From: a virus
DNA length: 64,000 nucleotides
IMG/VR virus record: IMGVR_UViG_3300033144_006256
Coordinates: 1-64,000 of that record
Reading direction: 5' to 3' (one strand)
Shown here: piece by piece, positions 28,443 to 40,289 of the stretch
Numbering within the stretch: the first letter of the stretch is position 1
Layout: each line of letters starts with the position of its first letter
Notes under the pieces: generated by a model
The model's database searches: none
The model's input: only the letters and a program-made list of their open reading frames with translations
What the model was told of the DNA's origin: nothing
Translations under genes and position numbers: made by a program

Positions 28443-29703
28443 AAAAATAACAAAGAAAAGCGAACCCTATCGGGCAAGATATAATAAACACAAGTTACTA
28501 ATTATATCTACAACGACGGGCTGGCAATTCTATAAATAATAATATAATTTAGAAGGAGAACAAAAAAATTAATTCAACAACAAAATATATAAAAGCAAAA
28601 ATTAAAATAATAAAAAAAGATGTTGAAAATTATGATACAGAATCAGCACACGAGACAGAAGATAGTTTACGGGATGAAATATTAAAAAATATAGCTTCTG
28701 GTGAATATACAAAACAAGAATGTATAGATATGGCAAAAGAAGTATTAAAAACTAATAAAATAAATTTTACTAGATGGTGTGCATAATAAAATAAAAATAT
28801 GGGAATACTAATTATAACAACAATAATAATATCACTGATAACATTAATAGCTTGGATTGCTGATATGAATGTAAAATACATCTTAAAAGTAATTTTCTGG
28901 ATAATATTAGCAATAGTATTTTTCAAGATAATATCATTAGGGATTAAACAACACGAACAGAACGAATGTACAGCTTTACTAAAACAGAAAGAAAATATAG
29001 GCGAAATATGGTTTTCGGCAGATTGGCAAAAGAAAATGTGCTCAACTTTCAACATAGAACTTTAAAACATAATAAATTTAGCTTGCTTGACTGCTACTCA
29101 TTTACATAGGTTTTTTTAGCAAGTATTTAAGACATAGGTATTTGCAATTTTTGTTCTCCTATGTATCTGGAGTAGCAATTTAGCAAGCTAACTAAAAGGA
29201 GGCAATGTGAAAACAAAACAAGAATATTGGTTAAATATCGCCAACCAATTAAAAAACAGGGGCGATAACGAACAGAAAATAAAAAGAATAATTACAACTT
29301 GCAGTGATGATAAAACCGCTAATCAAGTGATAAACTATATAAGGAAATAATTTTATGGATACAAAACAAGAATTCAAAAAATTTAAAAAGGAACATACAT
29401 TAAAAGATATGCAGGAAGAAAAAAACCAACAAGATTATATTAATAAAGATACTGCTGTTAATCTTGAAAAAGAAATCCTGCTAAAAGAAGAAAAAATTAG
29501 TGATATGCTATATCAAGGTGAAGCGAACATTAGGTTTTGTAATATGCTAAGTGAAATGTTAAAAGAAGAAGAAAAAAAGATTTTCTGGTTTGCACGACCG
29601 AAATATAAAGTGATTTTAAAGATTTACAGAAAAGCGATTAAGGATTGGAGAGAATTAAATATCAATTTAAAAATGGATATAGATAAAAAAGTAAAATAAA
29701 AAT

Positions 29704-30288
29704 ATGAAACAAAAATTAAAATGCAAGTTTTGTAAAAAAACATTCATAGATATAATCGGACAGGATAAAAATAATGCAATTTGTGATAATTGTGTAAATG
29801 GAAATGTCAGAATAATAAAAACATCTTGGTTCAGCTTAGTAGTTTTGATACTTTTAACAGCATTATTGATAAGTTGTTTTATGCTAAAAGTTGTATTGTT
29901 TGAAAGAGAATTAAAATCTATAACGGTTATAAAGATTGAAAGGCAAGAAATAATTGAAGAACCAGAAATTTTACCAGCGATTCCGCAACCAAAAAAGATA
30001 TTATCATTAAAAGCCAGCTACTATGTAAATAACTGCTGTGGTAAAGATGTTTGTATTACAGCTAATGGCGAAGTATATGACGATAGCCAGCTTACCGCAG
30101 CGTGCAATCTTGTGCCACTAGGAACGATTTTAAATGTTCAGCATAAAGAAAAAGAAATCACAGTAAGGGTAAATGATAGAATTAGCAAGAAATATGGCAA
30201 TAGCAGAATAGATTTGTCCAAAGGGGCATTTGCAAAATTAGGGAATTTAGAAGCGGGGTTGTTAAATGTAAAAGTTTTAATAAACTAA
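29704..30288 (+). CDS. Membrane-anchored RlpA-like (DPBB) lytic transglycosylase
   Basis: ASYY, TANGE, LTAA, PLGT, VRVNDR and IDLSKGAF motifs; TM helix near the N-terminus. Confidence 0.85.
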   Translation: MKQKLKCKFCKKTFIDIIGQDKNNAICDNCVNGNVRIIKTSWFSLVVLILLTALLISCFMLKVVLFERELKSITVIKIERQEIIEEPEILPAIPQPKKILSLKASYYVNNCCGKDVCITANGEVYDDSQLTAACNLVPLGTILNVQHKEKEITVRVNDRISKKYGNSRIDLSKGAFAKLGNLEAGLLNVKVLIN

Positions 30289-30693
30289 ATTAAAATTATG
30301 AAAGATTATAAAATTGAAACAAAACCTAGTTTTTGGGAAGTGATATTAAAAAGAGGTTGTTATTCTGACAAGGAAGAAAAACATTTATTTTTCAGAGCGA
30401 ATGATGAGAATGAAGTTTGGAATTTTCTTTGTAGATATTTAGAAGATACTTTTGTAGATATATATAATTATGATGGTATTAGTCATATTGGTGCGATAAA
30501 AATTTACGGAGAAGATAAAAAAATTATAAAAAAGTTTGTTACAAACAAATTAAAAAAATATTTGGTAGAAATGGAATATAGGGATGAAGATGAGATAGAA
30601 TGGGATACTGATTATGGATATGCTTGGGCTTGTAAAATATTAAGATTAAATGTAATAGAATTTAAAAAATAAATAAACTAAAAAGGAGCAATA

Positions 30694-31545
30694 ATGGATA
30701 ACTTAAATATAGAAAAATTTAATCCCACTAAGGCAGAAGTAATTAAAATAACTGATAAATACAAGAATATACAGATTAAAGGGTTAGAAGATAAACAAGG
30801 GTATTTAATTGCAAAATCAGGCAAGCAAGAATTATCAGCATTAAGAACAGCTGTTAAAAGTTATGGAAAAGAACAGCGGGTAGAAGCATTAAAATATCAG
30901 AAAGCAGTTATAAAAGCAGAGAATGAACTTTTAAAAATTATAAAACCGATTGAAGATAAAATTAAATTAAAAATAGATTTAATAGATGGTGAAAAAGAAA
31001 AAATAAGAATGCAAAAATATCTTCCAGATAGAAAAGCAAGACTAAAAGAAATTGATATTGAACTTGAAGATAGTGAATTATTAGAAATGGATAATACAGA
31101 ATTTGAAAACTTTTTTAATGAAAAGAAAACTGAAATTCTTGCAGAAAAAGAAAGAAAATTACAAGAAGCAGAAGATAAACTTGTAGAAGAAAAAAAGAAA
31201 ATTGAAATTGATAAAGGGATTGCAAAAGCAAAAGAAGAAGCAAGAAAAGAAGCTATGAAACAAGCAAAAATAAATATAGAAAATGCAAAAATACAAGCTG
31301 AAAAAGATAAAAAGAAAGCAGTTGAAGAAGCAAAGCAGAAAATACTTGATGAACAACAAGAAAAAGAAAATGCAAAAATAGTAGAAGAAGAAAAGAAAAA
31401 ACAAGAAGCAGAAGAATTACGAAAACAAGAAAAATATCAACTTTTTCTTGAAAGAAATGATTATAAAGATGATGGAAGTTTCAAAATAGAAACAGAAGAT
31501 GGTTTAGTTGTCCTTTATAAGAAGATTGATGAAATAATAATTTAA
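30694..31545 (+). CDS. Long coiled-coil protein of the recombination module
   Basis: K/E-rich heptads; directly upstream of the annealase. Confidence 0.5.
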   Translation: MDNLNIEKFNPTKAEVIKITDKYKNIQIKGLEDKQGYLIAKSGKQELSALRTAVKSYGKEQRVEALKYQKAVIKAENELLKIIKPIEDKIKLKIDLIDGEKEKIRMQKYLPDRKARLKEIDIELEDSELLEMDNTEFENFFNEKKTEILAEKERKLQEAEDKLVEEKKKIEIDKGIAKAKEEARKEAMKQAKINIENAKIQAEKDKKKAVEEAKQKILDEQQEKENAKIVEEEKKKQEAEELRKQEKYQLFLERNDYKDDGSFKIETEDGLVVLYKKIDEIII

Positions 31546-31562
31546 TAAAGAAAGGTAAAATT

Positions 31563-32180
31563 ATGGCAAATGAAATTAAAAAACTACAAATAACAGAAGA
31601 AATAAGAAAACAGTTAAATGCACCGCTTCCAGCAGAAGCAATATCAAAGCATCCAACTAAAACATTTCTAAGCACAATAAAATCTATTTTTATCATAGAA
31701 CGATTAAACAGTGTATTCAAATTAGGCGGGTGGCATTTATCAACAGAAATTATTAAAGAAACACCTGATTATGTTTTGGTAAAAGGTGAATTAAAAATAC
31801 ACGATTATGATGTGAAGATAACACCACAATTTGGAGGGCATAATACAACAGGTAAAGGAACAGAAATTGCAGATGGTTATAAAAGTGCTGTTACTGATTG
31901 CCTTAGTAAATGTGCTAGTTACCTTGAAATAGGCATAGATGTTTTTAAGGGGAAATCAACACCAGCACAAAGTTATAACAGTTATAGCAAACCAGCTTAT
32001 ACACCAAAACTAGCACAACAACAAACAACAGAACAACAGATGAATAATCAAGACAAAAAAGATTTAACCTGCACAGAATGTTTAGTTGAAATCTCAGTTG
32101 CTGAATATGAATTTTCTAAGAAAAAATTTGGAAAAGCACTTTGCAGAAACTGTCAAGGCATAGCAAGGGGTAATGAATAA
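31563..32180 (+). CDS. Rad52/Sak-family single-strand annealing protein with C-terminal zinc finger
   Basis: ERLNSVF..GW and YKSAVTDCLSKCASYLEIG.DV motifs; CxxC...LCxxC tail. Confidence 0.8.
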   Translation: MANEIKKLQITEEIRKQLNAPLPAEAISKHPTKTFLSTIKSIFIIERLNSVFKLGGWHLSTEIIKETPDYVLVKGELKIHDYDVKITPQFGGHNTTGKGTEIADGYKSAVTDCLSKCASYLEIGIDVFKGKSTPAQSYNSYSKPAYTPKLAQQQTTEQQMNNQDKKDLTCTECLVEISVAEYEFSKKKFGKALCRNCQGIARGNE

Positions 32181-32681
32181 TGAATATTTGGGTTACCACT
32201 GATACACATCTAAATCATACTAAATTGATTGAATATGGGCGACCAGAAAATTTTGAAGATAAGATTAAAAAAGGGTTGGTTAATAATATTAAAAAAGATG
32301 ATTTGTTAATCCATTTAGGTGATGTTTGTATAGGGGATGATAAGAAAAATAATAATTGGTTTAAAAAAAAGATTGAAGTGCAAAACTATTCTTGTATTAG
32401 GAACCCACGATAATAAAACGATCAATTTTTATTTATCTAATGGCTGGGATTTTGCCTGTGAAAGATTTGATTTCAAAATGTTTGGTAAACGAATTGCCTT
32501 TACACATATGCCGATTGCTTGGGATGGATATTTTGATATAAATCTACACGGGCATTTCCATAATACAGATTATAGAAGGAACGAACCAGACTTTAATAAA
32601 GTTATAAGTGGTTATAATAAACTTATATCATTAGAATTTACTAATTATCAACCATTAAATCTTCGTAAAATAATAAAATGA
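32180..32681 (+). pseudogene. Calcineurin-like metallophosphoesterase, frameshifted at an A8 run
   Basis: TDTH and HLGDV in one frame; GTHD, TH.P and HGHFH in the next; removing one A at 32363-32370 joins them. Confidence 0.75.
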
Positions 32682-33235
32682 AACCCCCAAAAAATTACAT
32701 TTCGTATAGCCAGCTTTGTCTATTCTTAGAAGATAGGGAAGAATACTTTAACAGATATTACAGGAATATAAAGCGAGAGCCAAATGAAAAAATGCAATTT
32801 GGTAAATTAGCACATAAAGTTTTAGAAGATAGAACATTTATAGTAAGTAATTTAACTGATAAACAGAATAAAATTATTGAAAAAATAAGAACAGAAATAC
32901 CAATAACTGAACAATGCGAAGTTAAAATTGAAGTTGAATATAAGCCGATAAATTTACTTGCTATTTTTGATGGGATACAAGGTGATACTATTGTTGAATA
33001 TAAAACAGGGCAATTATGGAACCAGAAACGTGTAGATGAACATTTGCAATTAACATTTTATTCATTAGTTTATTGGTCAAAATATAAGAAAATGCCACGG
33101 CTAAAGTTAATATCAATTAGTTCTGCAAGCGGAGCAATCAGAACATTCTGGACAGCAAGAACTTATGAAGATATTAAAGATTTACAGGATAAAATAAATT
33201 ACTTTTATAGTGAAATTAAAAGTTGGAAAGGGTAA
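32678..33235 (+). CDS. PD-(D/E)XK exonuclease (RecB/Cas4-like)
   Basis: SYSQL, G.LAH, E, D, EYKTG and QL.FY motifs. Confidence 0.85.
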   Translation: MKPPKNYISYSQLCLFLEDREEYFNRYYRNIKREPNEKMQFGKLAHKVLEDRTFIVSNLTDKQNKIIEKIRTEIPITEQCEVKIEVEYKPINLLAIFDGIQGDTIVEYKTGQLWNQKRVDEHLQLTFYSLVYWSKYKKMPRLKLISISSASGAIRTFWTARTYEDIKDLQDKINYFYSEIKSWKG

Positions 33236-33467
33236 TATGAGAATATCAAAAAAATTAAAACTTAATTATGAACTTTGTATAAAATATCTAAAACAGGCAG
33301 ATTTAGCAGATTTAGAAACTGCTTGTAGAAGTTTAAGTATGTTTGGTTATATTCTTAACTTTTATAACGATGCTAAAAGATTTTCAGAATATTGTGAAAG
33401 TATAGGTGAACACGAAATAGCTAAATATGCAGTTCGTAATTGGAATAAATAGAAAGGAAAAATAAAA

Positions 33468-33905
33468 ATGGATAAATTAATTTACGAAGAATATGACGAA
33501 AATGGTAATATAATCCCTTGTGAATATCATAATGAAATTAGAAAATGCAAATTATGTGAAATTTTACTTTCTAAAACGAGAGAATGCCATAAATTAAGAA
33601 TTAAAGGTGATAATGAAGAATGGATAACTATTAAATACGGTGATTATTATGATGAAACTCCGAATTATTGTAAAAATTGTTATAATAAGTTTATAAAAAA
33701 TAACGATATCAAGAAGAAAAAAAATAATGGTGGTTCAAAACCAAAGAAAGTTAAACAATTAACATATCAGAATGATGTTGTTAAAATATGGGATAGTATA
33801 TCAGATGCAGCTGATGAGCTTAATTTTACACGGCAAGGTATATCTAACTGTATAAATGGCTATATTAAATCATATAAAAACTATAAATGGGAATTAATTA
33901 AATGA
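33468..33905 (+). CDS. Protein with C-terminal NUMOD1 DNA-binding motif
   Basis: KKVKQL...WDSISDAA..L.....ISNCING...Y..YKW. Confidence 0.7.
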   Translation: MDKLIYEEYDENGNIIPCEYHNEIRKCKLCEILLSKTRECHKLRIKGDNEEWITIKYGDYYDETPNYCKNCYNKFIKNNDIKKKKNNGGSKPKKVKQLTYQNDVVKIWDSISDAADELNFTRQGISNCINGYIKSYKNYKWELIK

Positions 33906-34554
33906 ACATTAATGATAATTATTTAGAAACATTTAAAAGATTAGAAAAAGATATTATTAAATGGGACGATCTTGAACATCAAGAAGAAGCAACAGAAACA
34001 GTATTTAGTATTTCAAGACAATTATTTATGATAGCAAAAGGAACTATTGATAAAGATAGATTAAAAAAGATGATGGCGGAACTTTCAGCAATGCTTATTT
34101 ATCTGAAAACAAAAAAAGTAGTATATAAAAATACTATGGAAAAGCAAGAAAAATCACTAAAATATGTTTATGCTACAAAAATGAAAGATGAAAAAATAAG
34201 CAAAGAAAGAACTATAACAATGATAAAAAATGAAATTGAAAGTGAAACGATAGAAATTGAAAATGAAATATTGAAAAGTAGGCAATTATTTGAATTTTAT
34301 TCTGGTTGTTGTGATGTTTCGGAAACACTAATAACTGTAATACAAAGTATTTGTAAAACCGCATAATTCGCCAAAAATTGCCACGTGTTGCGTTTTTAGA
34401 AGCGAATTGGTATATATATCCATCTTTGAAAATTAAATCACTTAGCTTGCTGTAGTGTTCCGTTCGGTGCGATCATCGTTTAACCCTCCTTTTTCGGTGT
34501 TTTTATATCCGAACGGAATATTTTAGCAAGCTAACAACTAGAAAGGTAAAAATT

Positions 34555-35277
34555 ATGGAAAACATAATTAAACAAGGTAAACTAGAAAATAATATTTACT
34601 ATTTACCAGAGATACAACTAGATAGAAAAGAATATTTAGAAGTTGCAAAACACTTAAAATTCTTAGGTGGAAAATGGAAAGGCGGTAAAATAGGCGGGTT
34701 TATTTTTGATAGAAATATAAACAGTATTGATGAACTTTTAGGCAATAATACAAAAAAGAAAAAAGAATTACAGTTTTTTGAAACACCTGAAAAATTAGCG
34801 AAAGAACTTGTAGAATTAGCAGAGATAAATAATTATGTAGATATTTTAGAACCTTCTGCTGGCAGAGGAGCGATTATTAAAGAAATAAAAAAAGTATGCG
34901 ACAGGCAAATACAATTTTGTGAAATTGATAAAACAAATTTAAAATATCTTGATAAAATTGATAATTTAGAGAATGTATCAGATAATGGCGATTTTTTGGA
35001 ATTTAACCATATGACATTTGATAGAATAATTGCTAATCCCCCATTTTTTAAAAATCAAGATATTAAACACATATTGCATATGTATGATTTATTAAGGAAT
35101 AAAGGCATATTAGTTTCTATCGCTTCTAAACATTGGGAAAATTCTAAAAATAAGAAAGAAACAGAATTTAGAAAGTTTTTAGAATATACAAAAGCTGAAA
35201 TTATAGATATAAAAGAAGGAGAATTTAAAGAAAGCGGGACAACTATTGGAGGGGTAATAATTAAAATTAAAAACTAG
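34555..35277 (+). CDS. N6-adenine DNA methyltransferase (gamma-type order)
   Basis: QFFETP, LEPSAGRG, IANPPF and FKESGT motifs. Confidence 0.88.
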   Translation: MENIIKQGKLENNIYYLPEIQLDRKEYLEVAKHLKFLGGKWKGGKIGGFIFDRNINSIDELLGNNTKKKKELQFFETPEKLAKELVELAEINNYVDILEPSAGRGAIIKEIKKVCDRQIQFCEIDKTNLKYLDKIDNLENVSDNGDFLEFNHMTFDRIIANPPFFKNQDIKHILHMYDLLRNKGILVSIASKHWENSKNKKETEFRKFLEYTKAEIIDIKEGEFKESGTTIGGVIIKIKN

Positions 35278-35290
35278 AAAGGAAAAAATT

Positions 35291-35488
35291 ATGCGTAATA
35301 AAATTGTAGCAGGATTATTAGCTTTATTACTTGGCTGGACAGGGTGTCACAAATTTTATTTGGGTAAAGCATCAGGTATATTTTATATCTTATTCTGCTG
35401 GACATTTATTCCAACAATTATCGCTTTTTTTGAAGGAATATCATATCTTTTGATGTCCGATGAAGAATTTGATAAGAAGTATAATTAA
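35291..35488 (+). CDS. TM2 domain membrane protein
   Basis: K.VAGLLALLLG..G.HKFYLG signature. Confidence 0.9.
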   Translation: MRNKIVAGLLALLLGWTGCHKFYLGKASGIFYILFCWTFIPTIIAFFEGISYLLMSDEEFDKKYN

Positions 35489-36006
35489 CCCCTTGATATT
35501 TTTCAGAAATACGGTATAATAATAGTAAGCTTTGCGACATATTAAAACTATAATAGGTTATAAAAAAAATACCAAATATATATATTTTACAAGAAGCCAC
35601 TTAGTTGCAAAGCTTAATAGGTGGTTTTTTGTTTAAGCTACAAGATAAAATCTTGATTAAAAATAGAAAAGTAAAAAAACAATGAATAAAATAAAACTTG
35701 ATAAAAAAGAAAAGGCATTTAAAAAAAGATTATGTAAAATATCTGGCATTTTTAGCGATGAATATTCAATTTTTACAGAATTTAATACATTAAAAAATAT
35801 TTCTTCTAATGATATAATGCATTTGTCATCTGCTGGATTTTTTTGCTTAGCTGGCGAAGATATGATTAGTCCTTTTAACAATATAGTAGAGGATAATGTT
35901 GAAAATTTATTTATAAAATGGATTTTTAGTGGTGATTTAGTAGCAAGAGATAAAATAGTTGAAATTATAAATAATACAATAATAGAAAAAAAAGGAAAAT
36001 CATATT

Positions 36007-36303
36007 TTGCCTAAAATTAAAAAAACTATTTTAAAAGAAAGTGGCTATATCTATATTTTAAAAAACAAAGAATTTTATAAAATTGGTAGATCTAAAAATC
36101 CTAAGAATAGAATAAAAAGCTATGTCACAGAAAATCCTGATGAAATTGAAATAATATTATGTGAATATGTTGATGATTATAAAAAGGCAGAGGAAGAATT
36201 GCATATATTATTTAAAGATAAAAAACATAGGGGAGAATGGTTTAAACTTAATAATGAAGATATAGAACTTATAAAAAATTATATAAATAAAGAAAGGATA
36301 TAA
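36007..36303 (+). CDS. GIY-YIG nuclease (T5orf172-like)
   Basis: GYIY..YKIG.S..P..R, E..LH and RGEWF motifs. Confidence 0.85.
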   Translation: MPKIKKTILKESGYIYILKNKEFYKIGRSKNPKNRIKSYVTENPDEIEIILCEYVDDYKKAEEELHILFKDKKHRGEWFKLNNEDIELIKNYINKERI

Positions 36304-36305
36304 TT

Positions 36306-37061
36306 ATGCGAAGCACAAGAAAACAGCCATTTTGTTGGCAAGAGAAAAAAATAACACGGCTTATAAGAGAACAATATAAAAAATCAATGAGGTCTAAAAT
36401 GTTGTTACTATATGTTACTATAACTGAGATAGATAGTGATTTTAATGGTAAAGATATAAAATACTACACAAAAACAATATCTACATATAGCGGGCTAAGT
36501 AAAGATTTCATACCAACAGGATTAAAATATTTAGAAAAGTTAGGGATAATAATATTAGAAGAAGATAGGGAAAATGGGAAGTTTAAAGGTAAAAGGATAA
36601 ATTTTACACCTGAGAATGTTGAAGAAATGCCCCGAAAAACCATTGCCGTAAAACCCACTAACGGTAAACCCCTTAATGAAAAAAACGAACCATCAGAAGA
36701 TAGTATTATTATAGAAGATAGTAAAGATAAAGAAGATAATATTATACAAGCAGAGCTTGTGGATGATAAAAATTCTTCTTCTAAAGAACCAAACCAAATA
36801 AATACACTAATAGATAAATTTAAACCGATAAACCCTTCTTGTTATAAGTTATTCCCTAATAAAGGTCAGCGTAATGCTTTAGACAGGATGATTAAAAAAC
36901 ACGGCTTTGAAGAACTAAGCAAATTATTAGATGCTTTACCAGATATACTAAGTAAAAAGTATTCCCCAAATATAACAACCCCAGTAGCATTAGAAAATAA
37001 ATTAGGCGATTTGATGATGTTTATTAAGAAAAATAATAAGAAAGGATATATAGAAGTATGA
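36306..37061 (+). CDS. Putative replication initiator (N-terminal winged helix, linker, C-terminal helical domain)
   Basis: LLYV...ISTYSGLS...LKYLEKLGII winged-helix pattern, low-complexity linker, position in the early region. Confidence 0.55.
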   Translation: MRSTRKQPFCWQEKKITRLIREQYKKSMRSKMLLLYVTITEIDSDFNGKDIKYYTKTISTYSGLSKDFIPTGLKYLEKLGIIILEEDRENGKFKGKRINFTPENVEEMPRKTIAVKPTNGKPLNEKNEPSEDSIIIEDSKDKEDNIIQAELVDDKNSSSKEPNQINTLIDKFKPINPSCYKLFPNKGQRNALDRMIKKHGFEELSKLLDALPDILSKKYSPNITTPVALENKLGDLMMFIKKNNKKGYIEV

Positions 37062-37752
37062 AAATTTTAAAAATGATGTCTGGAATTGAATTTTTATTAG
37101 AAGATGTTGAAGCAGAAAATATAGCAAGAATATTTGGTCAACAAAAATTAGTTAAACTTAGAAGCGGTGAATATGTTAATACTGCCAGTATAGAAGTTAT
37201 TAAAGATATAGATACTGTCCCATATTGGGACGGGTATATGCTTGAACCAGACGGAAGAAGTTTTATTAGAGATGGCGTAAAAGTAAAAATGGAAACTGAT
37301 ACCTTCTCAGAAATTGAATATAAGCCACATCCAAAATATCTTGCTATGAAAAAACAATTAGATAAAAAACTATCAATGCCTAAAGCTAGGTAACTAGAAA
37401 GCGGTAGATATGGAAGTTAAAAATTTTTGGGAATATACAGATGATGAATTAAGGAAATTATGGGTTGAAAAAAATATTTGGGAATTTGAAAAAAAATATA
37501 AAGAACTTTGCAATGGTGATAGAATAATGAACCAAGTTTTAGGAAGCACATTTAAACCATTAGTAGATTATTGTTTAAAAGAAAAAATAATATCAAAAAC
37601 AATACAAAATGGAAAAAATTATTATGCTATATATTTGCCAAAATTCTTATGGTGGAAAGAAAAATATAATATTATGGCTGAATGCCAAAAAAGAAAAGAA
37701 GATAAAAGAAAATATGCAGAAAAACTTGAAAAAGAAAAAAATAAACAACTAA

Positions 37753-38250
37753 ATGAAAATAATGTTTGAACCTAAAATTGAATATTTTGAAAAATTAAAT
37801 GAAATTAAAAAAAGATACAAAGAATTATGGAAACCAAAAATTGCCCCGTATAAAATTTATTATTGGTTAAATATTTTTACTCCGATAGAAGAAAATATTT
37901 GGAGTGATATAAGATATTTAGGATTGACATTTTATCCACAATATCCAGTTGATAAATATTTTATAGATTTTGCCGACCCGATTAAAAAAATAGGCATAGA
38001 AGCAGATGGTAAAATACATTTTAATCAATTAGAAAAAGATGAATTGCGTGATAAAAAATTAGCTAAATTAGGTTGGGATATTATTAGAATACAAGGTCGC
38101 CAAACATATAAAACAATTAAAGATTATTTTCCAGAAGAATATAATAAAGAAGATTATGATGAAAAAATAATGGAAGAATATGAAAATGATTGTTCAGAGG
38201 GAATACTTAGAAAATTACTAAGAAACTATTATTCTGATAGTAGGATATAG
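37753..38250 (+). CDS. DUF559/Vsr-like endonuclease
   Basis: TPIE, QYPV.KY.IDF, IEADG..H and RD..L..LGW.IIR motifs. Confidence 0.85.
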   Translation: MKIMFEPKIEYFEKLNEIKKRYKELWKPKIAPYKIYYWLNIFTPIEENIWSDIRYLGLTFYPQYPVDKYFIDFADPIKKIGIEADGKIHFNQLEKDELRDKKLAKLGWDIIRIQGRQTYKTIKDYFPEEYNKEDYDEKIMEEYENDCSEGILRKLLRNYYSDSRI

Positions 38251-38270
38251 AAATATGCTTTTTAGATAAC

Positions 38271-38298
38271 TTGACATTTTCAGCAGTTGTAGTATAAT
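38271..38298 (+). promoter_or_regulatory. Promoter
   Basis: TTGACA-16-TATAAT. Confidence 0.65.
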
Positions 38299-38453
38299 AA
38301 GAATATGGATAAAAAAGAAAAATTAAAAAAAATTTGGAAAAGTATCGCAAGAAATTATAAGTATAAACAATGAAAAAAATAATATAGAAAACAGATTAAA
38401 AATACTAAGAAAAAGATTAAAAGAATTAGGAAAAGAAATAGAAAGGTAAAATT

Positions 38454-39008
38454 ATGAAACTACAAAAATTTCTTAAAAAAGATATACAAGAAGCATTTAA
38501 CCTTAACCAAGAACTTAAAAAATATGTAGAAGGAACAACACTTTTCTATCTGCAAACAGGAAGAATATCAAAAATAATTCGCGATAATAAATATTATCTT
38601 GCCTTAGATGAAGAATGTAAAACATTTAATCAATACATCGCTACATTAGGAATATCACAAGGGCATATTTATAACTCTATAAGAATTTATGAAAAATGGG
38701 TATTAGAATATGGATATAATGTAGACGATTTAGCAGAAGTCCCATATTCTAAACTGTTAATGATAAGCCCGATTACAACAGCAGAAAATAAAGATGAAAT
38801 GCTGGCACAAGCAAAAGTATTATCCAGATCTGATTTAAAACATAATATAAGTGGAGAACAAGGGAAAACAGAAGATTGCTATCTTGCTAAAATAAATTTT
38901 GAAATAGTATGTGATAAATATCAGAATGGAAATTGCACACTTAGAAATGAACCTTGTAAACAAGAACAGAAGATTTTAAATATTGTTAATAATAAAGAAA
39001 TAAAATGA
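38454..39008 (+). CDS. Hypothetical DNA-binding protein
   Basis: TFNQYI..LGISQ..IYNSI HTH-like segment. Confidence 0.4.
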   Translation: MKLQKFLKKDIQEAFNLNQELKKYVEGTTLFYLQTGRISKIIRDNKYYLALDEECKTFNQYIATLGISQGHIYNSIRIYEKWVLEYGYNVDDLAEVPYSKLLMISPITTAENKDEMLAQAKVLSRSDLKHNISGEQGKTEDCYLAKINFEIVCDKYQNGNCTLRNEPCKQEQKILNIVNNKEIK

Positions 39009-39391
39009 AGAAAAAATTAACAACACAGCAAAAAATAAGAAAGCTACAAAAAAAGGCAGATAGTTTATATCATCAAATAATTTGTAAAAGATTTCCAAAA
39101 TGTTTAGTATGCGAAGTTAATGATAGCCAATGTGCTCACCACTTTGTCAGGAAAAGCCAGTCAGCAGAATTACGCTATAATTTTTCTAATGGGATAAATA
39201 TCTGTGCAAAATGCCATACACTACATCATAGAACAGGCGATCCTAGAATACACGATACAATTATAAGAAAAAAAGGCACAAAATGGGCAGATGAACTTTA
39301 TAAGATTAAAAATAAAGTTAATAAACAATACAAAGGTATTGAATATTACGAAAATATAATTAGTAATTTTGAAAGAATATTAAATGAATAA
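39005..39391 (+). CDS. NinG/Rap-like HNH nuclease
   Basis: CxxC, CAHH, LRY..N...C..CH motifs. Confidence 0.75.
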   Translation: MKKKLTTQQKIRKLQKKADSLYHQIICKRFPKCLVCEVNDSQCAHHFVRKSQSAELRYNFSNGINICAKCHTLHHRTGDPRIHDTIIRKKGTKWADELYKIKNKVNKQYKGIEYYENIISNFERILNE

Positions 39392-40289
39392 AGAAAAAGA
39401 ATTTTTAACTAAAAGAATGATAGGCGAAAAAATAAGCCCTGTTTTAGAAGAAATAGAAGATGCACTTTGGGGTTTTGAATATAACAAAGCAGGTGAAAAA
39501 CCAAAATTCACAGAAGCAGGATTTAGAGCAAGTATAAAAATTTTTATGGCAAACCTTTTAGAAAGAATGTATAATAAACAAGAAAAAGAAAATATGCCAC
39601 AAAAAGAACGTCAAAAACAAGCAGAATATTTTGGTAAAGAAATAAGGGAATTAGTTATACTTGCAACTGGCATAGATACGCATAAATTATATAAATAGAA
39701 AGGTAAAAATTATGGTTCATACAGAAGAAAAATGTAGATATTGTAAATATTTCCATAACCCAGATGGAAAAGTAAAAATACTATATCACGATAATATTTG
39801 TTGTGTTGTAGAAGATAAATTTAGAAAGCGATTATTAGTAGTATATAAAAACCATTTCTTAGCTCCACCAATTCAAAAAGATGATATACATATGGTTTTA
39901 ATCGCAAGAAAATTCGGTGATATAGATCCGAAAAAAGGTAAAACAATAAAAGGACACTATATAATTCAAGTAATCCCTGAAAAAGGGAGCGAAGCGGAGG
40001 GCAATCTGAAAGGAAAAAAACGTGAAACCAAGAAAATTCAAAAAGATATGTAAAGTTTGTAAAAAAATATTTTTAGGAAATTCACCAACAGCTAAATATT
40101 GTCAAGAATGCAAATTAACAGCGGTAGAAAATATAAGGCATAAACAAAATTTAACTTATTGGGAAGAAAAAGGAAAAATAAGGAATAAGATAGGCAGAAA
40201 TATGGTTAGAATACTTAGAAATAAAGGGTATGAACACGAACAGATGTTGGAATATTGTGAACAAGCAAAAGTTATCAACAGTTGAACGC

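Noticed and set aside
32360-32372. Programmed frameshift in the metallophosphoesterase
   Set aside because: A single extra A in an A8 run of AT-rich DNA is more simply a mutation or sequencing error; kept only as a pseudogene call.
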